Numbered from the stretch's first letter, positions 12,524-25,571 are shown. The stretch: 64,000 nucleotides of DNA from Haliotis rubra (GCF_003918875.1 NW_025767504.1:186001-250000), one strand, 5' to 3'. Notes: generated from the letters alone by a model not told the origin. Numbers and translations: made by a program.

Positions 12524-13074
12524 AGGTTCACTTGGGAATGGATCCCTTGAATTGGGAGATGGAGGAAAGAACTTGACCAATGTGTGTGAATGATGGCATG
12601 GAATGTTTAGAATTACCTATGTGCTCTCTTATTTGTTTTATTTGTGTAGATTGTTTTTCTCAAGATGAGACTCAAATCGTCTTTCTGCCTGAGGACAGTA
12701 AAACCCTCAAGTGTGACAAGCGACAAGGTGCAATATATAATAAATCTGACAAAAATTTCTTACGCTGCAAAATTGCCCTTTCAACAATTGGTTTTGTAAC
12801 ACGATTGATGAGCAACCTTAAACTGAAGTGCCACCATGTTGATACAAATGGTGCAACGCTATAAATCACATCTCGGGTGAAGGCGACCTTCGGACCTCCT
12901 TGTCGACAAACACACTACAAAGCCACGTTCCTTGACGTCAGAATGTGCTCCAGTATCAACTTATTGATATATATCATTCCAAAGTTCTTGTTCCTGTTCA
13001 TATTTCTGTCGTTTCAACACGTTCTGTAAATATGGTTCTAAGTACCCCTCCACGGCAGTGACACTAGTGTGTCG

Positions 13075-13095
13075 GGATGAATTTCCTATAAAAAG
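13075..13095 (+). promoter_or_regulatory. TATA-box core promoter of cluster gene 1 (GGATGAATTTCC-TATAAAA)
   Basis: The same block lies ~54-55 nt upstream of the ATG in all six paralogs. TATA positions: 13087, 21994, 30718, 39875, 48169, and 63266-63259 on the minus strand. Confidence 0.7.
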
Positions 13096-13141
13096 ACAGA
13101 AGGGGTTAATAGCAAGGTACAACTATTGTCAACTCTTCACG

Positions 13142-16100
13142 ATGCAAGCTTTGTGTGTAGCTGTGGTAGTCATTGCCGTCTTTGACATCGTCTCTGGGAC
13201 AACGTAAGTAACTTTCGGAGCAGATCTTCCAGTTACGTTTTATTGAATACCTTTACACCACGTTAATGAGCACTGAAGAATGTGTTGATAACGGTATACT
13301 CCTGTGTTAATTCCAGGTCCAAGTGCTTGCTGTACAAGAATATGTCTGGATAGCTGTTCTCGAAACGTTCGTAGCCCTACGAACTTCTTAAGCACATTCT
13401 TACGCATTGGCTACGATCAAAGTTCAGAATTCTTAGGGCTACGAATGTTTTGAGAATAAGGGCCAAGGTTGCCGTGCTAATCGAGTACACATACCATTAT
13501 CCAACTGTTGCATTTAACTGATGCGAGATTATGTTTCAAGAAACAACAACAAACCATATGCCAGAGTATTTCACAAAAGTAGACTCTTCTTCCATTACGG
13601 AGAGCCTATAGTTCCAGTACTTCCGGTAGTACAGGAAGCGTTGACAATAGTTGTACCTTGCTATTAAACATCTGTTTGATTTGTCAACAATCCTTGACCT
13701 TGCCGCTAACTGGGCGCTTAAGTTGGTTTTGAATTTCGCGTTTTTCAGAAACCTGCCGGATCAAAAGTTCGGTACGTTCAATCTTCAGTGCATTTGTTCG
13801 ACTAACGGTTCCAAACATAATTCTTTATTGATGTCAATAATATCAATAACATGATTGCTACTCACATCTCGTTTTAAAATATGTCTGTTTCTGTCATTTG
13901 TTGAGTTCTTTCTTAAGCACATGAAAAGAAGCATTAAAGTTTATTTCTCTTCATATTTTATAACTTCTACAAAAACTAAACAAGCAGTAACTCTCTGAGT
14001 ATGATAACAAATGAGTTGTTACCGGGGAGACCTGATGTTCGCAGTGTGGGGCAAATGGTCCACGTGGAGCGAGCGTGTGGGGGAGTGCAGTGTCAGCTGT
14101 GGGGGAGGCTCCCAGACTGTGGTGAGGACGAGGAAGTGCCAGGGTGGTCTGATCTGTAAACCCATCAACGCGGGGATACGTATCTACACACAGGCCTGTA
14201 ACACCGACAGCTGCTCAGGTGAGATGACCGTTAAACACCGGGTGTTCACATTCCCATCATGGTGTTCATGTTGTCGGCGCCACAACTCAGTTCATAGTCA
14301 ATACTAGGGTTGTAACGATGTATCGAACTATCGATGGATTGCAGTTGCTGAGTCTCCGATACCATAATCGATGGTAGAAACGAAAAACTATCGATGCATC
14401 GATAGTATGTGTGACTATCGATAGTTTAGTAATTGACTTCCGTTGATAAATGCGCAGCGCAAAATACAGGATGTTTGGGTGCAGACTTGCAGCTTCATTG
14501 AGTTTATGTTTTAACTGTTTACTTGATCTGGGTTTCAGGTTTCTTGTGAGTTATTCAACGAAACTGAAACTACTTTAACTTGTTTGTATTTCATTTAAAC
14601 TATACAATCATTTGTACAGATAGGAGCATCTAAGGAGAAAAAAACTTTTGCAATAGTTTTGCAATTGTTTGCCACAATAGACTATCGCTATCGCAATTAT
14701 ATAGTTATTTCTAGGGCTGCGCAATATAACCGGTTTACCGGTATTTACCGGTTCAGACATGAAAACGATACTTATTGCGATACGCTGATCAAAATCCGGT
14801 ATTTTGACATCATTTCGGAAAACTTTGTAGCACTCGGATATTTCCGATTTTTAAATTGTTCTTTTCCTTGTTTCGTTTGTGCCAAATATTATTTACATTT
14901 TTATTTTGTCATAATTATAAGTTTTTATCAAATTTAGTCAAGCATAGTGATTTTGTTGTGTTTTTGCTTTATAAATCAAGCATTATCTCGATTATAAGTA
15001 GTTTTTTGTTATAAAAACCTTCTTACAACATATTGCAATACATTATCGCAATATATGCTTTCGCATCGCAATATATCGTAATATGAAAATTCTATGCAAT
15101 GCCCACCTCCAGTTATTTCCCCCGCATCGTCAACCCTAGCCAATACGGCGCCCTCGACATTATATCTGTGAGGCTTCATGTGTGAGGGGTGTTGTGTCAC
15201 ACGTTGTTAACTGCAGGTGAAATAGTGCTTGTCCGGAAAATTGATACCTGCTGTGCCTAATTCACAGTAGTGAAAGGTTGATAGTAGTGTTACATATCTC
15301 CTGTTTCTATGCCTCTCAGTGGATGGAGGATGGTCTGCTTGGGGTGAATGGACCGACAATGACGGCGAGGAGTGCTCAGTGTATTGCGGAGGGGGCAAGG
15401 TCAGGCAGTCGCGAGAGAGGTCATGTGACAACCCAGAACCTCAGAATGGCGGTGCTGACTGTGAAGGAGAGAGTGTGGAGAAACGAATAGCCAACTGTAA
15501 CACACAAGGATGTGGAGGTGAGGTTCCTGTTCACAATTTGCTGTCACTAAGAATGATTTGTTTGAGTGGCATTCTAGAAGTTGGTGGTATAGGAATGACA
15601 AGACTGTATGGATGATCAACTTCATTATTTTGACAATGGCGACGTTTCGGTATAGATTCTTATATCGTTTTCAAGCATATATGGGGAATGAAGGGGCACA
15701 CCAGTTTATATACAAGATAAGATAAAGAGATAACAATAACAAGGGTCTAGAAACAAAGCATCAAAGAAAGTTACATGATGAGCTACAATAGCATGATGAT
15801 GAGCAGCATATTCCTTCTTGTTTGTCCGCTGTACTCAGACCTTAGAAGAAAATATTTACCAAATCATTTTTGTAGATATCCAAGCGTTATTAAATGTAAC
15901 ATCAGTACTAACAAGTACAAACATTTTAATACTTCAGAACTTAGTAATGTTTATATTCCATGCAACATTACAGAAAAAGTCGAACAATAATATGTGAAAA
16001 AAATGTAAAAGTTACTTCTCGGGCGAATATAAATGTTTATCTTACCTCATACATAAACGTCGCTTTCTGATTGGCTGAGCGCTCTTCTGTTATTTTCAAT

Positions 16101-18024
16101 GTACCCCGCTTACAAGCGAGTAACATTTCAATGTACCCCGCTGTCAGTGGCAACTCATTCTGTACATCGTGGTAGTAATTCTTTATCTCGAATAACATTG
16201 AATCACGTATAATGTACGGAAATTACCGATGTTTTGCGAATGCAAATCAATGGAAGGGAGATAACTCTAAACAAACTTTCTTGTCAGCAAAATCTAGCGA
16301 TGGCTACAAAAACAGTTGTACCCGTCCTTCAAACAATTCAGAATTAACTCTAATTTGTTCGGTAGGATAAATACGTTGTTCACTGCTCCCTCGGGGCCCA
16401 TTGGTTGATGTAACCTCGATGTTTGTTTATGTTCCCCTCGCCAACATCGAGGGTACATCAACCCATGACCCCCCTCGTGACCAGTGTATGTTTTATGTAC
16501 TATAGGCCTGTGGCCTCTTCAGTACGGAATAAAGGTTGATTGATGATGAGCTAAGATAACATAAATGAGATGAGTGAGATAACACTAACAACACTATCCA
16601 AACCTCTGTCTACTGGAAACCCTCGCACACTGACCAGTACATCCATTGTGAATCTAACCACTCTCTCAGAACTAAACCCGGCATTATCTCCACTCTTACC
16701 CGCCGAGCACTCAACCTACCCTCTGTCACCCCTGAACCTAAACTTAAACACCTCCGGCATGTCTTCACCCAACTATCCCACTAAACTTGTTGACCGTGTC
16801 ATTAACTCCATCCTCAACCCAACACCCAAACCCACCACTAGCAAGCCCGACCCCGCTCCCATTCGCATCTCAGTACCCTACATCGGCAAAACTTCACATC
16901 ACATCAGTCGCTTACTTAAACAACAAGCAGGCATAGACACTTACTTTTCCACGGCCACACATCAGCTGCGACTGTGGCAGCAGCTACATTGGTGAAACAT
17001 CCAGACCACTCAACATACGCACCAAAGAACATGAGACATCCACAAACAATGCAGACAACAAATCAGCCATTTCAGAACACATCACCATATTTCCTCAACA
17101 CAATATCAACTGGGACACTGTCAAACACTTACAAACAACAAACATGATTACACTCAGCGCACATTGGCCTAGGCATTACTAATACGCTGTTTTAACCCCT
17201 CTATTAACAGGGATCAGGGCTATTACATCCCATCAGCTTACAACCACCTAATCGACACGTAAATATCTCCCCTTCTCAACACACAAACCCCCAACACACA
17301 CACACACACACAAACAAACAGACAGACAACCACCACCACCTTGGCTTCTACCCAATTAACTTACATTCACTGATTTTCATGGTATCCCACTCATCTTATC
17401 TTAGCTCATCATCATGCTATTGTAGCTCATCATGTAACTTTCTTGGATGCTTTGTTTTTCCACCCTTGTTATTATTATCTCTTTATCTTATCTTGTATAT
17501 AAACTGGTGTATCCCTTCATTCCCCCATCCCCGTCGGCGACATTGGCTACAGCCAGAAGCCGACGTTAAACCTGAAATGATCATCATCATTCCCCCATGC
17601 TTGATAACGGTATAAGAATCTGTACCGAAACGTCGCCATTGTCAAAATATAGAAGTTGATCATCCATGACGTCTTATCATCCCTGTCACGAAGAAGCCAG
17701 TGGACAGTGAACAGTAAGCAAGTATACATGTATGCAGATGGGCGTGTATACATATATGCAAATTGTATTATAATGTATGAAACTGTATGTATATGGGCCC
17801 GTTGGCCTTTGTACGGAAATAAAGTTTTGATTGATAATGACCGATGTGTGAGGCATGTGTTTTGTGTTACAGATTATTGCCCAGACAGGCAAGTGAAGTT
17901 CTTCCCCCATCCTACCAACAGAGGTCGGTACTACCAGTGTGGGAACTACATTGCTTACCTCATGAAGTGTCCCAAAGGCCTCGTCTGGGATGACAGCATC
18001 TGGACGTGCAACTTTGACAACTGA
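13142..18024 (+). CDS. Cluster gene 1: secreted 2xTSP1 + CBM14 chitin-binding protein (202 aa, most divergent paralog)
   Basis: Exons: 13142-13203 ([21 protein letters not shown], signal-like), 13749-13771 (23-nt micro-exon NLPDQKF), 14045-14218 (TSR1, WGKWSTW...CSVSCGGG), 15320-15517 (TSR2, [11 protein letters not shown]...[15 protein letters not shown]), 17873-18024 (YCPDRQ...YYQC...CPKGLVWD...CNFDN*). GT-AG introns in phases 2, 1, 1, 1. AATAAA at 18067. Confidence 0.85.
13357..13456. mobile_element. Short palindromic MITE remnant in gene 1 intron 1
   Basis: TTCTCGAAACGTTCGTAGCCCTACGAA ... TTCTTAGGGCTACGAATGTTTTGAGAA form ~28-bp imperfect inverted repeats. Confidence 0.5.
14305..15138. mobile_element. 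hAT-like MITE (TAGGG...CCCTA, 8-bp TSD) containing a second nested TAGGG element at 14712-15111
   Basis: Outer TSD GTCAATAC/GCCAATAC; nested TSD GTTATTTC/GTTATTTC. Absent from the same intron in genes 2-6. A related copy lies at 46217-46646. Confidence 0.75.
15554..17682 (+). mobile_element. 5'-truncated Penelope-like retroelement with an inverted terminal-repeat copy, inserted in gene 1 intron 4
   Basis: GIY-YIG endonuclease remnants: [58 protein letters not shown], and [20 protein letters not shown]. 15598-15805 is an inverted copy of ~17400-17680. Flanking duplication CTGTCACTAAGAA/CTGTCACGAAGAA. The paralogous intron is only ~110 nt. Confidence 0.8.
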
Positions 18025-19429
18025 GACGTCCCGCTAACTTGATGTCACATGCACATGTACAGTCCTAATAAAGCAGAGTTATCAAAGTAAAAATCGTTTT
18101 ATGTTTTATGTGCTCCTGCCCAATAGTACTCGTCTGAGGTCCATCGGGAGATCTGAAGTAGTGGTGACACATAGTCATCGCTTTGGCTGACTCATGAAAA
18201 TAGTAATAAGTGTTTCACATTTGTCCTTGTTTAGTGTTTTGTGTATTTAGCAAGAAAGATATTCATAGACAGGTTCAGGTTTCAAATCCAATTCAACATT
18301 TCGACGAACCCGATTCCTGCACATGCTTAAACGATGATTTTATTCATTGACAGACGGCTTTGCGCCTGATGAACAAGTATGAATATATGCCACATGTACA
18401 TTGCAACAAAATCAAAGTTCTGTATGAAAGCACCATATTGTCGATAGTCACACTAGGTGTTTTGCTAGAAGTCACCTCAGAATAACGTCGGTGATGATGG
18501 CATCCAATACCTGCTCACACTAGCTAGGCAGCACCTGTGTGATTGAAGCTTTCAAGTGCACACAACCTTGCCTCCGTTTGTACATACAGAGAACAAACAT
18601 ACATATTAGTGTCATTCCTCAGTTAATTACAGGTATACTCCGTTGATAGATGAGTCCAGGCCTTTGGACTGCTGAGTTTCTAGATGAGTCTAAGATTTTG
18701 GTCTGTAGTAGGTTTGCCCAGTCTTTAAGTGACTGCTAGCTCGCCAACTTGCTCAGAAACGATACACCATCGACATGCTATCACTGGAGGAAACAAATGT
18801 AGTTTTCTTATTTGGCTGGTCATCTTCTTGGTGTGTTCACGTGAAGGTTGGAGAGTGTGTGTTCCAAAGCCAGAACATTGTCAGTAGTCATACTGTCACT
18901 AGGTTTAAAGGAAAGTTGCACTCAGCTGGCAGTTCGTGTCTGCCATATCCTGTGTTGAATCTCAAACCCTCTTGTCAAACCTCAATCACCTCACTGTAGA
19001 ACATCACTCCCTCCTGTAGAACATCACTCCCTCCTGTAGAACATCACTCCCTCTGGTCAAATTTCACACTGTAAAGTCAAACCTCTCACAATCCTGTCAA
19101 ACCTATCTTTACGAGACAACCGAGTGACCTGACTACAAATATCCAGTTTCCATACTACCCAAGCTTGGCTGCAAATAGGTACGAGGAGGTAAGCCTGGAT
19201 GACACTTGACCACAACCTCGGATGGGGATGGCTTCTTGTTGTTTACAGACCGACATGACGACCAAATTCTGGCTGCAATATAACAACTATTTATGTACAA
19301 GCCAGCAGTCACAATATGATCTTTTTGTTACAATTTCCCCAATGTGAAATGATGGACATGTATGTTTTGTGGTATCACCAAACAATATAAATACACTTTG
19401 TCGGCATTATATTTAAGATGCCATTTACA

Positions 19430-21470
19430 AGAGTGTTTCAGTGGCAGTACCTTTATGAAATCCAAATTGATATTTGTGCTATTCTTTCTAAGATGACTCA
19501 CTGAAATAATTTGCTGAAAATACGGGTTAAAGTTATTCCCCGGTAATTTGAAGTATCGCATGTGCTTTTACCTCCACCTTTAAGAGTTCATTAACAATAC
19601 CATCAGGTCCAGGTGACTTGCCGTTCTTAAGTCGCCGAATAGTGCATAATAGTTCATCAAATGTAAGAGGACATTGAAGCAGTGTAGAAGCATCATCACA
19701 AATATCATGAGTATTCTCAAGTTGAGATACATAGTAATTTACATAGTCAGTAAAGTCTAATTAACATCTGCGCATGGTAGTGAGAGGTCTCTGAAATATT
19801 TAGCAAATAGATCACAAATACCTTCTTGAGTATCACAAGATGTGTTTTCGTAAGTGAGAACCTGAGTATATTCCTTTTTACGTTGGTATATTTTGGTAGA
19901 TTTAAAGTACTCTTGTATACCTAGTTCAGAGGTATCATAAATTCTTTTGAATTTAAGATCATCCTCATATTTCTTTGATGGACGATGTCGTTTTCTTAAA
20001 ATACGTTTTGCTTCTTAAAACGCATTGTAGTAACTATTCCCTTTATCATGGATTTTACCATTGCGCATCCATTCATTGTTACATTTTCTCATTGTATTAT
20101 GTAGACTTTTCAAAGTATGTTTTGTCCAATATGTCTGTAGCAAGCCATCAGTTTGTCAACGTCTCCGCTTCCAGCTAAACCAACATGTGCTGGAATCCAG
20201 ACAGTATCGCTGCTGATGTACATGTAGTTTAGAACAGTATCACGATACAAGATGTCATATAATATGTCTGCAAGCCATCTTAACAAGTTTGTCACCTTCT
20301 TCGTGTCCAGCTAAAGCAACATGTGCTGGAATGCAAACAATATCACAACTTTTATCTAAGATTGGACCCTAATATTAAATTCAGAAACGAATGTTATGTC
20401 ATGACCACCAATGTCTGTCTACAGATTTGGAGGAGCTTTACATCTGGTGAAGAATATTGCGACTGATTTAGAAGTTGATACCTTGAACCCCCACTTTGAC
20501 CACCAAGGATCTACAGAATGTAGAGTTAATTGAATAGATCTGAGAACAAAGTCAATATTTCCGAAACGTCTCCAACATGTACCATCATCTGCAAATTGTA
20601 ATGCATCAATGTTTAATGGAAGTTCAGGTAAAGGTTGCATTGAAGATTCTGAGATTATAGGAATAATTTCATTCTTCAAATTTGTGATTTCGTTTTTAAA
20701 TATTGTTGCAAAAACTCCATAACTGTAACATCCTGAAACTGATCTGCTAAAAATCTCTCTTCACGGGAAACAACCCTTTGATCCAAGACAGGAAAGGGGG
20801 ATCTGTTACGGTTCCCAGTAATCCCTTTTACTTTGGTCCAACTTCAGGAAGGAGAAGTATGCCTGTTCATTGTTCCAGCAAGACGTTAGAATTCATAAAT
20901 ACTGGGAAATTCGAGCATTTGGTTGTCCGGATGTTTAACCAATAGCTTTTTCTGAGATTTAGGTCAGAGAAAAAGTTAGATTACCATTTGAACTTTTAAT
21001 GTCGTCTCTAGCAAATCACATGTTATTTCAGTTGAACAAAGTTCAACAAATTTATGCCAGTTAGCAGAGAAAATTCCACTTGCAGGGTTTAAACGATATT
21101 TCATTGAAAACTAGAAAGTGATCACTTCCCAAACTGTCATCTTGAAAACACCAGCAGCTGTAACAAGTTATGTCCTTTCTACGTCCCTTATATTACTTGC
21201 ATTTGCTTGGAACAAAATTGCGGCGCCGGAAGATGATCTGATCGATAATCAAGATCTATATAGTAATAAAACGTGTCTACCTAGTGAGGTGCAACTTATT
21301 TGAATACCTTGACTAAACTCCTGACGTTTGGAAAATATGTCGACGTAGAGAAGACGGTTAACGTGCTTTATAAATCCTGCAATATACCGAAATCAGCAGC
21401 ACAGTTCAGTTCCATTTGATTGTGCAACTTTGCCTGGACTATGCTTAGATTCGTTAGTCAAGCCAAAACG
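19430..21470 (-). mobile_element. Composite LINE debris (CR1-like RT N-terminus; RNase H-bearing I-group RT/RNase H; endonuclease fragments), part of the duplicated unit
   Basis: Minus-strand peptides LTFDELLCTIRRLKNGKSPGPDGIVNE, LQFADD..WGFKVSTSKSVAIFFTR, WIPAHVGLAG and an SDHLP-like motif. Repeated at ~29000-30300, ~36930-39400 and ~44550-47680. Confidence 0.7.
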
Positions 21471-22047
21471 CCGATATCCTATCTGGTTAACACTTTCAAA
21501 TAATTTGTTAGTCAATAAATCAGGATATTATTGCAATCAATAATATTCTCAAAAACTGTGCTGATTAATTCTCAAGATCAAGTTAAATTTGATTTATTCC
21601 AAACCAAACAACATACGCCCCAGGTGACACTTTGAACATACGCACACAGGTTTCTTTTTATTTCATTGAATATTATTGGAGAGCATTTTTGTGATTATTC
21701 AAACAAAACGATATGCTCACTTCAGTCCTTTCCCTGGTACAACGATATCAATAAGAAATGACTTAATCGAGTATCACACCACCCCCTGATCGTTCCCACA
21801 GAACCCCCGGACTGTGATCGACAAGCAACGTGTTGAAAAGTGGGTCACGAAGTACAACAATCTTGACGAAATTAATTAAAATTAATCTCCAATGCACCTG
21901 CTTTCGTCTCAAAACGATCTGTAAACGTGTTTCTGAGTGCCAAACTACGACAGAAGAAGCACATTATGAAGTTTAAAGTGTGGATGAATTTCCTATAAAA
22001 GACAGCACAGGTTAGTGGACTGGCACAACTGTCCACAACTGTTCACA

Positions 22048-25000
22048 ATGCAGATGCTGTGTGTTGCTGTGGTAGCCGTTGCCGTCCTTGGCGTCGTCTC
22101 TGGGTCAACGTAAGTAGCGTCCGCCACTAATGTTATACTGAATGCTTCAGCACCATATTTACCAATATTTACCAAGACCGAGCGTGTAATGCTGTAGTAC
22201 TTGTTGCTATAGATTTAAGCAGCCTTCACAGAACGATATGGTCCAAATCCTGCGCAATGTTTGCTTGCTTGTTTAACGCCGCACCCAGCAATATTCCAGT
22301 TATGTGACGGCGCTCAGTAGCTGTCTCCTCTTACGATAATCACGGGTTCCTGAAGATCAATTTCTACGATGATCTTCATTGGTAGCTAGTCCCGTACTTG
22401 CTGCATTGTGGAAATAATCATGTGGGTCACTTTATACATTGCTGTTATGTACTGCCATTCGACTGAGCTCCAAGATGTACATGTCACTGGTACCTTAACA
22501 TCCCAATACAATACTGTCACTCATCAGTGAGTACAATGTGCCAATGCCCCAATACAACATATTGAAATGCAATCGTTTGTCCAACTGGGAACAAAATCAA
22601 TTCAACAATCGAATAAGTATATTGTTACTACGTTTCCAACCTTAGAATACAGGAATCTTCCAACGTTCCAAGAATAATTCTATTGCATCACTGTCTTGAC
22701 CTTGTATCATTTACTGCAACATTGTTGCCTTTCAATTTCGCCATTTTCAGAATCTCGCCTGACCCAAACTTCGGTATGTTCAATTTCCAGTGCCTTTACT
22801 CACAGAACTGTTCCACACAATAAACCATAATATTATGTAAATCTGTATATTGTGTCGATAGTTATGGTTAATATAATTACTTCTGTGTAGATGCCAGATA
22901 ATTCCTTTGCTAGCAACATTTCAGGAGTACATTAAATGAAGCATTATAACTTATCCCTCAGTTTTTAATGATATATTCATAACTTCTATAAAAAGCAAAC
23001 AAGCAGTAACTCTCTGAGTATGATTACACATGAGTTGTTACCTGGAAGACCTGATATTCGCAGTGTGGGGCAAATGGTCCACGTGGAGCGAGCGTGTGGG
23101 GGAGTGCAGTGTCAGCTGTGGGGGAGGCTCCCAGACTGTGGTGAGGACGAGGAAGTGCCAGGGTGGTCTGATCTGTAGGCCCATCAACGGGGGAAAAGAG
23201 GAGTACACACAGGCCTGTAACACCAACAGCTGTTCAGGTGAGATCATCGTTAAACACCGGGTGTTCACATTCCCATCATGGTGTTGTCGACACCACAACT
23301 CAGTTCATAGCCAATACGGTGTCCACCACGTTATATCTCTGAGGCTACACGTGTAACAGTTGTTGTGTCATATGAGGCCACACGTTGTACCTGCAGGTGA
23401 AATAGTGCTTGTCTGGAATAGTGATACATGTTGCGAGGTAATATACGAGGGAAGTTCAAAAAGTAGTCAGCCTCACCTAGAAAAAAAAGATACAAAGATA
23501 TTATATTATCTGTCAACCTTAATCAAATTGGTTTTGCTATGTTCCAGGCTCACGATCCCCATTTTGTTTGACGTTTTATCTTGGTACCCCCCAAAAACGC
23601 AAAATCTCCAGTAAATGCATCACAAACTTCAGGAAACAAAATATGCAAGAAACATTTTGAGTGTTTTGGGGATTGGTAGAAGTCCGCTAGAATCAAGCTT
23701 AGATATTAAAGTGCATGAAAAGCAATTTGAAACTACAATCGCTTGTTAAAATGCAATTTGAAACTACAATCGCTTGTTTAAGTGACCCCCCCCTTCATGT
23801 TTACTGAAAGAGCTTGTTTTGGAGACACTACCCATCCCCCTTTCATGAGAACATAACTTATTCTAATGTTTTCACTTATTCATACATGATACCAAGGGTT
23901 ACTACTAAATAATGAATGGTCACACAAGAGTCATCTATCAAAATATTGTAAACAGTGCCAGCTTGAATACTTGAATATCTGGACACAATGTTTTTGAAAG
24001 ATTAAAATGGGGGTGTCCTTAATAAACAGCCCCTGTCTAAATATAAATCAAGCAATCAAAATCTTTGAATGTGGGTAGTCATCCAATACTATACAGAACA
24101 TATTTTATATGATATTATCTGAGGCCATTCCATTATCCATGAGGTACCAAATGGCAGATCGTTTTTCATTTTCTGCAATCTGTTACAGAAATATTATACC
24201 CCAATATGATGTCATGACTAATATCTCGTTAATCACATTACCCACATATGGGAAATTTTGTGCTAGTGATTCCTTCAAAATAAAATGGATACTATGAAAG
24301 ATTAAAATCAGGGTGTCCTTAAAAAAACAGCCCCTGTCTTAATATAAATCAAGCAATCCAAATCTTTAACTGTTGATTATGACGGGTAGTCATCCAATAC
24401 TATACAGAACATATTTTATAAGACATTATTTGAGGGGATACCATTATCCAAGAGGTACTAAATGACAGATATATTACACCCAATGTGTTGTGATGACTAA
24501 TATATCGATCTCAATACCCACATATGTGAAACTTAGGATGTGACTTTTCTAATAATTCCATTAAAATAAAATGGAAGCTTTTCAAACATTGGACATCGAG
24601 AATAGAGTTAGGTTGACTACCTTTAAAATGACCCTCTTATGCTGTACATAAATCACAGTAGTGAAAGGTTGATAGTAGTGTTACATATCCCCTGTTTCTA
24701 GGCTTCGCAGTGGATGGAGGATGGTCTCCTTGGGTTAGATGGACCGCCAATGACGGCGAGGAGTGCTCAGCGTATTGTGGAGGGGGCAAGATCAGGCAGT
24801 CCCGACAGAGGTCATGTGACAACCCAAAACCTCAGAATGGCGGTGCTGACTGTGAAGGAGAGAGTGTGGAGAAACGAGTTACCAACTGTAACAATCAAGG
24901 ATGTGGAGGTGAGGTTCCTGTTGACAATTTGCTGTCATTTAGAAGCCAGTGGACAGAAAATAGTACGTTCTTGCTGTGGTAATGACCAATGTGTGAAGTA

Positions 25001-25169
25001 CGTGTTTTGTGTTACAGGTTATTGCCCAAACAGACAAGTGAAGTTCTTCCCCCATCCTACCAACAGAGGTCGGTACTACCAGTGTGGGAACTACATTGCT
25101 TACCTCATGAGGTGTCCCAAAGGTCTGGTCTGGGATGACAGGATCTGGACGTGCAACTTTGACAACTGA
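22048..25169 (+). CDS. Cluster gene 2: secreted 2xTSP1 + CBM14 protein (202 aa, intact)
   Basis: Exons 22048-22109, 22751-22773, 23064-23237, 24711-24908, 25018-25169. Spliced protein: [50 protein letters not shown]...[18 protein letters not shown]...[57 protein letters not shown]. Confidence 0.87.
23446..24637. mobile_element. Non-autonomous mariner-like element in intron 3, also present in genes 3-6 (31869-33095, 41050-42023, 49373-50546, 60015-60938)
   Basis: TA-flanked ~28-bp TIRs: TA|CGAGGGAAGTTCAAAAAGTAGTCAGCCT ... AGGTTGACTACTTTTAAAATGACCCTCG|TA (consensus of copies). Absent in gene 1. Confidence 0.7.
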
Positions 25170-25538
25170 GACGTCCCGCTAACTTGATGTCACATGCACA
25201 TGTACATTCATAATAAAGCAGAGTTTTCAAAGTAAAAATCGTTTTATGTTTCCTATTTACCACAGGACATATGATAATATGTTTAGTATAGGGTCTCTGT
25301 ATTTACGGAGTGAGTCACGGATGACAAACTGACTCCAGCATGTGGGTGTTTCACGTGGTGCTCCTGCCCTATACGTACTAGTCTTAGGTCCATCGGGAGA
25401 TCTGAAGTAGTGGTGACACATAGTCATCGCTTTGGCTGACTCATGAAAATAGTAATAAGTGTTTCACATTTGACCTTGTTTAGTGTTTTGTGTATTGAAC
25501 AAGAAAGATATTCACAGACAAGTTCAGGTTTCGACTTG

Positions 25539-25571
<33 letters not shown>

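Noticed and set aside
10369-12593. 550-aa and 180-aa repetitive ORFs (APWSSLREGDSHFSSII)n
   Set aside because: By-product of a 51-bp unit. Open on both strands, broken by a frameshift at ~12010, with no signal peptide or unique domain.
13988-14044. Alternative 11-nt micro-exon TAACTCTCTGA before the TSR1 exon, or initiation at the ORF-track MSCYRGDL
   Set aside because: It would need a 46-nt intron and a purine-rich acceptor. The 23-nt micro-exon has strong conserved splice sites and fixes the phase. MSCYRGDL is intronic read-through, so its RGD is not credited.
24109-24297. Recurrent small [17 protein letters not shown] (also at 32565 and 41519)
   Set aside because: Lies inside the intronic mariner-like element. 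Its recurrence reflects segmental duplication, and it is disrupted in genes 5 and 6.
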